Below are positions 29,692-39,719 of a DNA stretch of 64,000 nt, piece after piece (positions within the stretch are counted from its first letter, which is position 1; each line of letters opens with the position of its first letter). Source of the DNA: Armatimonadota bacterium (GTDB taxonomy: Bacteria; Armatimonadota; SYMT01); the NCBI GenBank assembly GCA_041690135.1, contig JAWLHY010000011.1, forward strand, positions 64,001 through 128,000. The letters run 5' to 3'. The notes beneath the pieces were generated by a model. That model did no database searches. It was not told where the DNA came from and was given only the letters and a program-made list of their open reading frames with translations. Both the position numbers and the translations under genes were made by a program.

Positions 29692-30702
29692 GTGAAGGTA
29701 GAGGGTAGATCCCGGCGACTTGTGAGCTCCGGAAGGTCCCGGTATCATGGGAGAGGCCGCCGTCCCCGCCTCCCGCCGGCCGGAAGGAGCTCCCTCATTC
29801 TGGAAAGCGTCGGAAGACCGCGAGAACTGGCCGAGCGGCTCGCCCCCGTGGGGGTCGGGCTGTCGGTCCTCTTCCTGGCGGTGCTGGCCGCCCTGTTGCA
29901 ACGGATCTCTACCCTCTCCCCGGAGGACCCGGGCGTGGGTCTGGGCCTGCGCGAGGTGAGCCTCCTTGGCGGAGTGCTCGCGTGCCTCTGGCCGCTTTCC
30001 CTGGTGGAGTGGCTCGTCCAGTGGCGAACCCCCGCGGCCAGATCCGTGGAGAGAAAACCCCGCTGGACCGCCCTACTCCCCGGCCTGTTTCCACCCCTGC
30101 GGTTGGCGGCGCGCGTGCCCGCGGTCGAGGACCGCGTCTGGCTGCCATTCCTGGGCTGGCAAGAAGTCAACGGCGAGCTGCGGGACCGCCTGGAGCGGCT
30201 GCTGAGCGTGCCGATGATCGCCATCGCGCTCCTGATCCTCCCGGTGCTGGGCGTGGAGTACGTGTGGGGTCACCTGGTCCAGCAGAACGCCGCACTGGCT
30301 CTGGCGCTCGACCTCTGTACCGGCGTGATCTGGTTCGCGTTCACGGTCGAGTTCATCATGATGTGCTCGTTCGCCGAGAACCGTCTCGCCTACTGCCGCC
30401 AGCACTGGCTGGACCTGGCCATCATCCTGCTCCCCCTCATCTCCCTGCTCCGGTTCGCGCGCGTCGCGCGGGTCACCCAGGTGGTGCGGGTGAAGCAGCT
30501 TTCGACCGTGAGTCGGGTCTACCGTCTCCGGGGCCTCAGCCTGCGCGCCTACCGGGCGCTGATCCTCCTGGACCTGCTCGACCGGATCCTCCACCCCACG
30601 CCCGAGAAGCGGCTCGCTCACCTCCGTGCCGCCCTGGCCGTGAAGGAAGCCGAAGCCGCGGATCTCCGCCGCAAGATCGCGGAGTTGGAGGGCTCCGGGT
30701 GA
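29692..30702 (+). CDS. Voltage-sensor (ion transport S1-S4) membrane protein without pore; start uncertain
   Basis: IWFAFTVEF (S2), HWLDLAII (S3), LRFARVAR..VR (S4); C-terminal coiled coil; no TxGYG. Confidence 0.75.
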   Translation: MKVEGRSRRLVSSGRSRYHGRGRRPRLPPAGRSSLILESVGRPRELAERLAPVGVGLSVLFLAVLAALLQRISTLSPEDPGVGLGLREVSLLGGVLACLWPLSLVEWLVQWRTPAARSVERKPRWTALLPGLFPPLRLAARVPAVEDRVWLPFLGWQEVNGELRDRLERLLSVPMIAIALLILPVLGVEYVWGHLVQQNAALALALDLCTGVIWFAFTVEFIMMCSFAENRLAYCRQHWLDLAIILLPLISLLRFARVARVTQVVRVKQLSTVSRVYRLRGLSLRAYRALILLDLLDRILHPTPEKRLAHLRAALAVKEAEAADLRRKIAELEGSG

Positions 30703-30776
30703 GGGGCGATCCGCGAATTGTGCGAATGATGCGAATGGGTAGGAGCGCGGGCGTCCCGCCCGCCAGACGTTGCCAC

Positions 30777-30876
30777 TAAGGGGCTGGGGAGTTACTGACC
30801 AGTTTTGCACCCTTGGCACGAACCCGTTACTCCATGCAGGTCAGCGAGCCTTGCCGGAGTGACGGCGCCGGGTGCC
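30777..30876 (+). mobile_element. Partial, diverged copy of the MITE at 47358..47523
   Basis: Shares TAAGGGG start, CAGTTTTG, GCACGAACC and TCAGCGAG.CTTGCCGGAGTGACGGCGCCGGGT with that element. Confidence 0.65.
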
Positions 30877-30992
30877 ACGAAGTGGGTGGCGGAGGTGAGG
30901 TTACTTTGGTCACCGCATCCGCCAAGTCAACGCCTATGGGGGAAGTGGTCGGATTGCGACTACGATCCAGCCTGGCGAGCGAGCGTGTAGGA

Positions 30993-31868
30993 TTACGATG
31001 AGGTGGCGGAGAGACCGAGCTGCTCCAGCAATCGGGCCGGGGATTTCGCCTCCGGGGTGAGCGGCAGGGCGGCACGGACGGCCTCCCGCACGCGTTCCTC
31101 ATTCTCGGGCGACTTGCCGGCGTGATGGAGCAGCGCCCCCGCTGCGTTCTTCATCAGGTCGCCGACGTCTTCCGGCTCCTTCAGCAGGCCCACCAGCGCC
31201 TCGACTGCCTCCCCGATGTCGTGCTTCTTCCGCGAGAGGTGCCAGAGCGCCCACGCCGCGGACTCACGCACCTGGCGCTCGGGGTGCTCCAGGTTGTCCC
31301 GGAGCAGCGGGATTGCGGTGGGTAGGGAGTACTTCTGCTTGCCCAGGTGCCCCACCGCGTAGGCCGCCTGCCGCCGGACGTTGGGGTCCGGGTCCCGCAG
31401 CAGCCCGTGCAGCGGCTCGACCGCCCGGCTCACGTCGGTCTTGTGGCCGGCCTGGTTCATGAAGACGAAGCTCGCCTCCGTCCGCACTTCCGGAGCGGGG
31501 TGCCCGGCCCCCTCCAGCGCCAGGTCGACGATGCAGGCCGCCACTTCCGCCTGCCCGCCCGGCGTGTCCCACAGGGCGTTGAGCACGTACCGCTTCACCT
31601 CCGGGTCATCCGTGTCGAACAGCCGCCGCAGCCCCTCCACGTCTCCCGTCTCCCGGTAGCGGTGAGCCAGCAGGAACGCGACCCCGCCCCGCTTCTTCCC
31701 TTCCAGGCGGGGCCACTCCTCTTCCAGAAATTGGACGATCCGTCCATCGTCGCGCGGCATCAGGGTCTGGAACGGCTGCAGCCCCTCCAGGTAATTCAGC
31801 CGGGGCTGGTAAACCACCAGCGAGAGGAGACGCTCCAGTTCGGGATGGTCGGGAAGTGGTTTCAGCAT
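30993..31868 (-). CDS. HEAT-repeat protein
   Basis: Repeated D.D..VR..AA.AL units. Confidence 0.85.
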   Translation of the reverse strand: MLKPLPDHPELERLLSLVVYQPRLNYLEGLQPFQTLMPRDDGRIVQFLEEEWPRLEGKKRGGVAFLLAHRYRETGDVEGLRRLFDTDDPEVKRYVLNALWDTPGGQAEVAACIVDLALEGAGHPAPEVRTEASFVFMNQAGHKTDVSRAVEPLHGLLRDPDPNVRRQAAYAVGHLGKQKYSLPTAIPLLRDNLEHPERQVRESAAWALWHLSRKKHDIGEAVEALVGLLKEPEDVGDLMKNAAGALLHHAGKSPENEERVREAVRAALPLTPEAKSPARLLEQLGLSATSS

Positions 31869-32119
31869 CGTGTATCCCATACGCCAGGTAGCGGAAGCCG
31901 GTGTACCTGGATGATTGTTGAAGTCCAGAAGGCGCAGGTCCTCCATCTCCACGGGGTTGCGGGACGGGCCCACGCAGAGACGCAAAGACGCCAGAAGAGA
32001 GGGGGAAAGGAGAGATCTTGCGGCGCAGCGAAAAGGGGAGAGACCGTCCCATCTGCGTCAATGGGCGCGTTACCCCTGCCTCTGTTGTTGAGAAGCCCCG
32101 CCGGACCGCTACCGAGACC

Positions 32120-34111
32120 ATGCTGAACCGCTTTCCCCGGATGCTCCAGGAATACTACGTCGCCCGCGTGCGCGCGGTCGAGGCCGACAGCGACCGCCGC
32201 AAGGCGAAGATCCGCACCCGCTCCGATGCCGAGGAGTACGTCCGCGAGACCCGCGGCAAGGTGCTCCGCTGCTTCGGGCCGTTCCCGGAGCGGACCCCGC
32301 TGCTGCCGGAGATCACCGGTGTGCTGGAGCGCGACACCTACCGCGTGGAGAAGCTGCTGTTCCAGAGCCGCCCCAACTTCTTCGTAACGGCGAACCTGTA
32401 CGTGCCGAAGGGGCGCTCCGGCCGGATGCCGGGCGTGGTGGCGAGCTGCGGGCACTCCGTGGACGGCAAGACCGCCGAGCCGTACCAGTCGTTCGCGCAG
32501 GGGCTCGCGCGGCTGGGCTACGTCTGCCTCATCTTCGACCCCATCGGCCAGGGCGAGCGGCTCCAGTACCCCAACGGCAAAGGTGGGTCGACGGTGGGCG
32601 TGGGCACCGGCGAGCACCTGCAGGCGGGCAACCCGCAGTTCCTGATCGGCGAGTTCTTCGGCGCCTGGCGGGCCTGGGACGGGATCCGCGCGCTGGACTA
32701 CCTGCTGACCCGGCCGGAGGTGGACCCGCGGCACGTGGGCATTACCGGCAACTCCGGCGGCGGCACGCTTTCCACCTGGCTCTTCGGGCTGGACCCCCGC
32801 TGGACGATGGGGGCGCCCTCCTGCTTCGTCACCACCTTCCGCCGGAACCTGGAGAACGAGCTGCCCGCCGACACGGAGCAGTGCCCGCCGCACGCGCTGG
32901 CCCTCGGCCTGGACCACGACGACTTCCTCGCCCCCGCCGCGCCCCGCCCGCTGATCGTGCTGACCAAGGAGAAGGACTACTTCGACCAGCGCGGCTCGCA
33001 GGAGGCGTTCGCCCGGCTGAAGCGGCTCTACACGGCGTTCGGCCGACCGGACGACGTGGAAATCTTCACCGGCCCCACCGGCCATGGCTACTCACAGGAG
33101 AACCGGGAGGCGATGTACCGCTTCTTCAACCGGGTCACCGGGGCGAGCGACGCGAAAACGGAGCCGGCGCTCAAGATCGAGAACCCGAAGGACCTGCAGG
33201 TCACGATGACCGGCCAGGTGGAAGAGCTGCACTCCCATACGGTGATGTTCTTCACCGGGGCCACCAGCGAGACCCAGGCCCTGCGCCGGGGGAAGCCGCG
33301 CGGGCAGGACCTCCGCCGCCGGGTGATGGCGCAGCTTCAGCTACCGGCGCGAAACGGCGCACCGGACTACCGGATCCTGCGCCCGCTCCGCCGCAGCCCC
33401 GGCTGGCCCCGCACGGGCGCCGCCAACTACGCGGTGGAGACGGAGCCCGGCATCCAGGTGCTGACGTACATGCCGGTGAATGAGACCTGGTACTCCCGGC
33501 CACCCCAGGGCGCGGGCGACGACCCGGTGCTGCTCTACGTGCCGCACCTCTCCAGCGATCTCGACCTCTCCGGGGAGCCGCTGCTCCACGACCTGACCGG
33601 AAAGGTGCCGGCCGGGAAGCCATTCTTCTGCGCCGACCTCCGCGGCATGGGCGACTCCCAGCCCAACACCTGCGGCCCGGACACCTTCCGCTCCCCCTAC
33701 GGCTGCGACTACTTCTACGCCGTCCACGGGATCATGCTCGACCGCTCCCTGGTCGCGCAGCGGGTCCACGACCTGCTCTCCGTCGTCGACTGGCTGGCCG
33801 ATCACGGCTACCGGCGCGTCCACCTCGCGGCCCGCGGGCACGGCAGCGTCCCCGCCGCCCTGGCGGCCCTCCTGGACGACCGCATCGTCCAGGTCACCCT
33901 CAAGAACCCGCTAGTCTCCTGGTCCGCCCTCGCCGAGGCGGACCGGAACAACTGGCCGCTTTCCGCCTATCAGCCGGCCGTGCTCCGCCACTTCGACCTC
34001 CCCGACGTCTACGCCGAGTTGGAAGCCCGCAAGCAGCTCACCCTCACCGCCCCCTGGGGGGCCGTGGACTTCACGCACACCCCAACCCCCCAATCGGGTC
34101 CGCTAAGGTAG
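32120..34111 (+). CDS. Two-domain alpha/beta hydrolase (acetylxylan esterase-like)
   Basis: CGH; DPIGQGER; DGIRALDYL; GNSGGG nucleophile; second hydrolase-like domain. Confidence 0.88.
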   Translation: MLNRFPRMLQEYYVARVRAVEADSDRRKAKIRTRSDAEEYVRETRGKVLRCFGPFPERTPLLPEITGVLERDTYRVEKLLFQSRPNFFVTANLYVPKGRSGRMPGVVASCGHSVDGKTAEPYQSFAQGLARLGYVCLIFDPIGQGERLQYPNGKGGSTVGVGTGEHLQAGNPQFLIGEFFGAWRAWDGIRALDYLLTRPEVDPRHVGITGNSGGGTLSTWLFGLDPRWTMGAPSCFVTTFRRNLENELPADTEQCPPHALALGLDHDDFLAPAAPRPLIVLTKEKDYFDQRGSQEAFARLKRLYTAFGRPDDVEIFTGPTGHGYSQENREAMYRFFNRVTGASDAKTEPALKIENPKDLQVTMTGQVEELHSHTVMFFTGATSETQALRRGKPRGQDLRRRVMAQLQLPARNGAPDYRILRPLRRSPGWPRTGAANYAVETEPGIQVLTYMPVNETWYSRPPQGAGDDPVLLYVPHLSSDLDLSGEPLLHDLTGKVPAGKPFFCADLRGMGDSQPNTCGPDTFRSPYGCDYFYAVHGIMLDRSLVAQRVHDLLSVVDWLADHGYRRVHLAARGHGSVPAALAALLDDRIVQVTLKNPLVSWSALAEADRNNWPLSAYQPAVLRHFDLPDVYAELEARKQLTLTAPWGAVDFTHTPTPQSGPLR

Positions 34112-34330
34112 CAGAGGGCAGGTACATGCGTGGGTGATGCCCGTTGGTCACGGCGCAAGCCTGGGGTGCAACTTGTCGCCGCTTCTGGACACGGCCCGCT
34201 CCGACCGCACCTGTTCCGGCCCACTAAGGTAGCAGAGGCCCTCGTGGCCGTTGGTCACGGCACGAGCCTGGGGTGAAACTCGTCGACCCCGTTGATCACG
34301 GCCCGCACCTGCCTGGTTGCGAATTTCGCG
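34100..34330 (+). repeat. Imperfect tandem duplication
   Basis: CTAAGGTAGCAGAGG...CCGTTGGTCACGGC....GCCTGGGGTG at about 34103 and 34224; third partial CCGTTGATCACGGC at about 34289. Confidence 0.7.
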
Positions 34331-34656
34331 AGCCCGGTCACCGCATCCGCTCTGCACACGGTGCCGCGGCCTTCCTCCCCCTGATCCCGGCACGTGCTCA
34401 CGTGCAACGTGGTTGATTCCGTTCCGTGGTGGCTTTACCCGTCTCCTTGGCCGGGATGGGTGAAGCCCGACAGCCGGGATACCACTCGTGACGTCCCGGA
34501 CGTCTAAAGCGACGGGCCTGCTAGAAAGACACCTCTCATTGAGTGTGCAGCAGGCCAGCAGCGGGGTGAGAGACCCCCTGGCTGCTCGCAACTCTCCGCC
34601 TGGAGAAGACCTTTCCAAGGGCCCTTTGCTGTCGCTGTTGCTGAAGAGTGTGGCTA

Positions 34657-36321
34657 ATGGCACTCGTCCTCCTCCGATGGTTCCTCTACAGTTCAGTGTG
34701 GCTTCTTCTCCTGTGCGGAAGCCCGGCGCTCGCGGAAGATCCCCGACCAGCGCTCTTTCCCCAGGATCAACGCCTGGATCGCAAGATCACCCTCCAGAAG
34801 TGGCGAGTGTACCTGGGAGAGTTCCTGGAGTTGCTGAGTGCCCGTTCGGGTGTTCCCCTTAAGGTAGATACAGCCAAAGCTCCGGTCGACGGCATCGAGC
34901 TAAGCGTTTGCCTGCGCGACCAGCCGGTCCGCGAGGTGATGGGTGCGCTGGTGGGGCTGCTGGAGCAAAAGGCGAACCGGTGGGAGTGGCAGGCGAACCA
35001 GGAAGGGACACGTTACACCCTCCGGTACCAGCGCTCTCCCGCGGAGACCGTCGCCGCCGCCCGCAAGGCGGTCGCGGAGGAGTGGGCACGGGATGTGCGC
35101 GAGTTTTACGCCACGGCCAGGCTCGTGGAACCGGCCCGTGCCGAGCGCGCTGCACTTCGCCCCGACCTCTTTCCCCAGGGCATGCTCGCCAGCGGTCGGC
35201 CCGACCTTTTGGCGGCACTCTCCCCGGAGCAATTGGAAGCGGTGCTGCGCGGGACCCGGGTGACCTTCGACCCCAACCGCCTTCCGCCTACCCAGCGCCG
35301 GGCCCTGTCGTTAGGGATTTCGGGTGAACTCGCTGGAGGAGGGAAGCAGGCGGCCTTCTTGGTTCGTTGGGATGAGGATCGGCCCGGCCCGATCCTCTGG
35401 CTGGAGAATGGAAACGGCACCAGCGCCAGTGTCGTGGGAGGCGTGCGGTGGGACCGGAACTGGATGCGCCGGGAGCTTGCGGGCTGGATCACGCAGTATT
35501 CCGATGGGGTTTACGAGTTCCACCAGCAGCGGCAAAAACAACCGCTCGATCCGGATCTTGGCCGGCCGCTCACCGGAGATGCATTGACGGTGTTCGAATG
35601 GCTCAAGCAACTGTCAGAAATCCAACCACTGAATTTCCTGGCTGATCCGGTCATCCCTTCAGGAGGCGGTACCTTCGGGGGTGCATGGATCGGCCGCACG
35701 GTGGAGCAGAGTATGCAGGCCCTGGTCTTCTCTACGGGACTGGTGGAGAAGCGCCACGGCAGTATCCATCTCCTCCGTCACCGCAGCGCGGGCGTGAACC
35801 CCCGCAGCGGCCTGGTGTCGTGGTCCTTCATCCGGAAGCTCCGGGAAACCGCGAAACGCCATGACGGCTACCTCGACCCCGCGACCCTGGCGGAGCTTTC
35901 CCGCCTGCGGGAGCCGCAGTTGCACAGCCTGGCTGGGGAGTTCCCCTCGGCGGACTACACCTTGCTCCGGCCGTTCCGCGGGGTTTGTCGGTTCCTGGAT
36001 GCGCTGACGCCCGAGACGCGGGCGCGCCTGACGCGCCCGGAGGGACTGCCGTTTCGAGACGCGGGAATGGTGGCCCGGGCGGCGCTGGCGGAAGACCCGG
36101 ATCCGCGAAGTCAGCAGGAACTGGAACTGCTGACCGCCCGGGGAAACGACGCGAGCGTGGCGCTACGCCTGGAGACCCGCGAACGGCGGTCGGCGCGCCT
36201 ACCTCCGGACGCTCCGCCGCAGCGGGTGCCGCTGGTGATCTGGGAAGTGCGGGTGCCGGGCGAGCAACCCCTTCGACGAGGCTTCGCGCTGTCGCGGCGA
36301 ACACCGCTGCGTCCCGAATAG
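34657..36321 (+). CDS. Exported hypothetical protein with N-terminal STN/secretin-N-like segment
   Basis: Signal peptide; DQRLDRKITL...LELLSARSGVPL...PVREVM pattern. Confidence 0.75.
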   Translation: MALVLLRWFLYSSVWLLLLCGSPALAEDPRPALFPQDQRLDRKITLQKWRVYLGEFLELLSARSGVPLKVDTAKAPVDGIELSVCLRDQPVREVMGALVGLLEQKANRWEWQANQEGTRYTLRYQRSPAETVAAARKAVAEEWARDVREFYATARLVEPARAERAALRPDLFPQGMLASGRPDLLAALSPEQLEAVLRGTRVTFDPNRLPPTQRRALSLGISGELAGGGKQAAFLVRWDEDRPGPILWLENGNGTSASVVGGVRWDRNWMRRELAGWITQYSDGVYEFHQQRQKQPLDPDLGRPLTGDALTVFEWLKQLSEIQPLNFLADPVIPSGGGTFGGAWIGRTVEQSMQALVFSTGLVEKRHGSIHLLRHRSAGVNPRSGLVSWSFIRKLRETAKRHDGYLDPATLAELSRLREPQLHSLAGEFPSADYTLLRPFRGVCRFLDALTPETRARLTRPEGLPFRDAGMVARAALAEDPDPRSQQELELLTARGNDASVALRLETRERRSARLPPDAPPQRVPLVIWEVRVPGEQPLRRGFALSRRTPLRPE

Positions 36322-36426
36322 AACGTGGGCCGGTCTCGGGCCTGCGATCCGGCGGAGCATCGTCCAGACCCAAAACGAGACGATGCTCCCTCAAGAACGA
36401 ACGCGGCCACGGGACTGCCGTGCAGA

Positions 36427-37254
36427 TCAGTCTCTTGGAGGCGTGATCAGAGCGGGCGCGCACTCCTCCGCGGCCCGGCGGTACTTGGAGGCCGGGGCCG
36501 CCTCCAGTTGGAACGAGCGGATCAGGTCCTGGAACAGGCCGGGCAGCCGGTGCCGGAACTTGAGTTCCAGGATCGTCACGTCGAGTGGCACCGGCGTGAT
36601 CCCCTCCCACGACGGCCGCAAGCCGGTCGCGGGGGCACAGAACACCTCCCGGTCGAGGGTGAGGCGCACCGGGCCTCCTTCCGTTTCCCCCTCCCGCGCG
36701 AGGCGGCGATAAGCCACCTGGCAGGTGGGGATGAGGCGCCGTTCCTCTAAGGCCTGCCGGAACCAGGCGCCGGCCCAGCCGTCCGGGATCTCCGTCGCCT
36801 CGAGCCAGGAGAGCTCAGCCTCGGGGATCCGGTTGCGGACCTTGGTGACCCAGTCCTGCTCCTTCCGCTTTTCCTCGAGATGGATCGCTCCCTCGTCGCC
36901 GTAGCGCCGGATCCGGAACTTGCTGTTCTGGTAACCCGGCCGGCGGCGATAGACCGCGAGATCGGCCGTGTCGAGGTAGACGCTGTGGATCCGGTAGGTC
37001 TCGTCGCCCGTGCGGGCGGCGTGCGGGTCCGCGTCCAGATGCGCCCGTGCCCAGGCGAGGACCCCCTCCACGTGCATGTCCGGTAGCAGGAACTTCAACT
37101 CGTACGCGCCGTCTCTCGTCTCCAGCCGGGGAGAGGCAGTAACGCGGACTACCGGTGGCCGCGGGGGCGGGGCCTGGTTCGCGGAAGGCCGCGGCGGCCG
37201 GCACGGTTGGCGATGTGAAGGATAAGCCTGTTCCATACAACGACTCGGGTTCAA
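36427..37254 (-). CDS. VTC (polyphosphate polymerase) domain protein; start uncertain
   Basis: ELKFLL; IHSVYLDT; KFRIRRY; RLTLD; ILELKF; SKY. Confidence 0.88.
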   Translation of the reverse strand: MNPSRCMEQAYPSHRQPCRPPRPSANQAPPPRPPVVRVTASPRLETRDGAYELKFLLPDMHVEGVLAWARAHLDADPHAARTGDETYRIHSVYLDTADLAVYRRRPGYQNSKFRIRRYGDEGAIHLEEKRKEQDWVTKVRNRIPEAELSWLEATEIPDGWAGAWFRQALEERRLIPTCQVAYRRLAREGETEGGPVRLTLDREVFCAPATGLRPSWEGITPVPLDVTILELKFRHRLPGLFQDLIRSFQLEAAPASKYRRAAEECAPALITPPRD

Positions 37255-37472
37255 CAGGTAACGACGGGACAGTCGACCATTACTGAGACGCAGGCGCCCG
37301 CAATCTGTTTTGGGTAGGGTGGATGCGCCGCACGTAACCGGACCGATTTGGGAACCCGCCTACTTCTGGGTACGCGAGTTTTCTTCCGTGTCCTTCCGTG
37401 TGTTCCGCGGGCAAAAACGGCTCCTCACCTCCGCGATCCTGGTAGGAACCACTCGGTTTGAGCCCTTGTTTC

Positions 37473-39464
37473 TCAACGCGCCAGCTTCTGGATCTCTGGG
37501 TGGGAGAGCAGGTAGGCACGCCGCTGCGTGACGAAGCTCCGCAGATCGAGTTGGCCGCGCCGGCCTGCCGGGGCCGCCGGAGTCGCCGCGGCGCCGGTAG
37601 CCGGCTGCAGGCCAAGGCCGGCGTGGAACGCCTCCGTGGTGGAGAGCTTGCGCGTATCGGCCGCCACGTCGCGCTCGATCAGGGCCGCGTACTGGGCCAC
37701 CACCGGCTGGAGCTGCTTCCAATCCATCCACTCTTCTGCGACTCCCCGCACGTACTGGAGGTAACGTGTCCGGTACTCGGGCACTGCCAGGAGCTTGCTC
37801 AACAGCGGCTTGCGCGGATCGTTGACGGCTACCAGGGGATCGAGCTCCACTCCGCCGCTACCCGGTCCACCCGGTCCACCGCGGAAATCGCCCGGTCCCC
37901 CCGGAAGCCCTCCGGGGAAGCCGCCCGGTCCTCCGGGGAAACCACCGCCCGGAGCACCCGGACCTTCCGCGCCCGGACGTCCCTGCGGGAGAGCGCCGCG
38001 GCCCCCGGCGCGCGGATCACCGCCAATCGGCCCGCCCGGGAAACCGCCCGGTCCTCCCGCACCCCGGGGACCGCGAGGACCCCGGCCTCCCGGCCCGCCC
38101 ATCCCCGGCCCGCCGCCAGTGTGGAATGTCTCGTTCATGTCGTGAGGTAGGATGTGGAGCTTCCCCTTGCTGTCCAGATAGAGACTGAAGTCGCTGGCGC
38201 GGATCCAGTAGCCGTCCTCGTTGATGAAGGCGTTGTCGAGCGCCAGGAACCGGAGCGCTTCGTTCACGGCGAAGATCGGCTCCAGGGCCGCCTTGAGCTG
38301 GGAAGGAGGGGTCTGGTCCAGGACCCGCGAGACCCGGATCAGCGCCTTCCAGCCCTTCTCCGCCTTCTCCGCGTTCTCGGTCTTGATCTCGTAGAACCGC
38401 TGGTACGCGGCGGGGTCCTCACCGAAGTAGGCCAGCCCGCCGCCTCCCGCGGGGCTGCCGGGGGCCTTCCAGCGCACGCCCTTGGAGTCGCCGTAGTGCT
38501 CCTTTACGTAGTCGCCGTTGAACTGTTCGGCGTTGGCGTAGATTCCCCAGCTCTCCCCGTTGATGACCACGCGCACCAGGTTGACCTTGGGAGCCGGCAG
38601 GTAGCGCCGCGCGACGTGGGAGAACAGCGCTGCCCGGAGGAAAGTGGGGTCGCCGTTGGAGTTGAGCAGGTTCAGCGTTTTGTAGCCCAGAAGGCGCTGC
38701 TTCGAGTCGGCCAGATCCACGGAGAGGTTCAGCGACCGCTTGTAGCCGCGGGGGATCATCATGTAAGAGGAAGCCCCCCGGAAGTGGATGCCCACGTTCG
38801 GGTACTGCTTGCCGTCCACCGTCATCCGGGCCGGCACGTCCACGTCGGTGCCGCGGAAGTCTTCCAGCTCGGCCTCCCAGTCCTGGTTTTCGAACTCCAG
38901 GAAGATCGTCCGAAGCACACTGGGATCATAGAGGGATGCGTCGCCGGCGCTCTTCACGTCGGAAACTGCGACCTTCGGCCCTTCCTGGGGTGTCTCCGTG
39001 AAGCGGCCACGCCCGAAGCCACCGGGGCCTCCCGGTCCACCCGGAAACCCTCCCGGACCGCCAGGTCCTCCCGGCCCACCGGGACCACCCGCGAAACCGC
39101 CCGGTCCTCCCGGTCCCCGCTGCGGACGTCCGCCGCCCGCTCGGCCGGAGGTCTTCAGCGACTCCCGCGCCGCCTGCCGCTCCGCGGTGTTCAGCCAGCC
39201 GTCGCCGTTCTTATCGAACTGCTTCACCAGCTTCAGCTCTTCCCGGCCCGGGCCGAACCCTCCGCGTCCACCGGGAAAGCCGCCCGGTCCACCGGGAAAG
39301 CCGCCCGGTCCATCGGGAAAGCCGCCGGGGAATCCCTGTCCCGCCGGTACCCCGTCCGGTCGGTCTGGCGGGTTCGGAACCGGACCCTGGGCCATGGCCG
39401 TGCCCAGGATCCCCAGCGTTGCGACCACGGCGGCCCCGTGCGTCCAGATTGCCACCTTCTTCAT
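37473..39464 (-). CDS. CotH kinase family protein with EF-hand and Gly/Pro-rich (GGPGG) linkers
   Basis: FDKNGDGWL EF-hand; GIHFRG.SS; KRSLN; INGESWGIY; PHDMNE. Confidence 0.9.
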   Translation of the reverse strand: MKKVAIWTHGAAVVATLGILGTAMAQGPVPNPPDRPDGVPAGQGFPGGFPDGPGGFPGGPGGFPGGRGGFGPGREELKLVKQFDKNGDGWLNTAERQAARESLKTSGRAGGGRPQRGPGGPGGFAGGPGGPGGPGGPGGFPGGPGGPGGFGRGRFTETPQEGPKVAVSDVKSAGDASLYDPSVLRTIFLEFENQDWEAELEDFRGTDVDVPARMTVDGKQYPNVGIHFRGASSYMMIPRGYKRSLNLSVDLADSKQRLLGYKTLNLLNSNGDPTFLRAALFSHVARRYLPAPKVNLVRVVINGESWGIYANAEQFNGDYVKEHYGDSKGVRWKAPGSPAGGGGLAYFGEDPAAYQRFYEIKTENAEKAEKGWKALIRVSRVLDQTPPSQLKAALEPIFAVNEALRFLALDNAFINEDGYWIRASDFSLYLDSKGKLHILPHDMNETFHTGGGPGMGGPGGRGPRGPRGAGGPGGFPGGPIGGDPRAGGRGALPQGRPGAEGPGAPGGGFPGGPGGFPGGLPGGPGDFRGGPGGPGSGGVELDPLVAVNDPRKPLLSKLLAVPEYRTRYLQYVRGVAEEWMDWKQLQPVVAQYAALIERDVAADTRKLSTTEAFHAGLGLQPATGAAATPAAPAGRRGQLDLRSFVTQRRAYLLSHPEIQKLAR

Positions 39465-39719
39465 CCCTCAAATCTCCCCCGGGGAACTGCGCCCGGTCCG
39501 GCACTCGGCGCGGATGTTGTTCCGGCACTGCTCAGTTTGACGCTGGAGTTCTGAAGGAATTGTGAAGCGGCTCTCCGGAGTGTTCGTGAGCGCTCTCAGG
39601 CACGCAGCTTCTGGTGGGCAGCTACCACCGGGAGAGCGGGTTACATCCGGGGATGACGGGGGAAACTCCCTCCAGAACATTCTGGACGTGCCGCATCTCC
39701 GCGGCAAAGGAGGGTACCG

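Noticed and set aside
34480-34540. GGACGTCTAAAGCGACGGGCCTG resembling part of a c-di-GMP-I riboswitch
   Set aside because: No GGCAAAC/GNRA P2 stem and no convincing P1/P3 pairing
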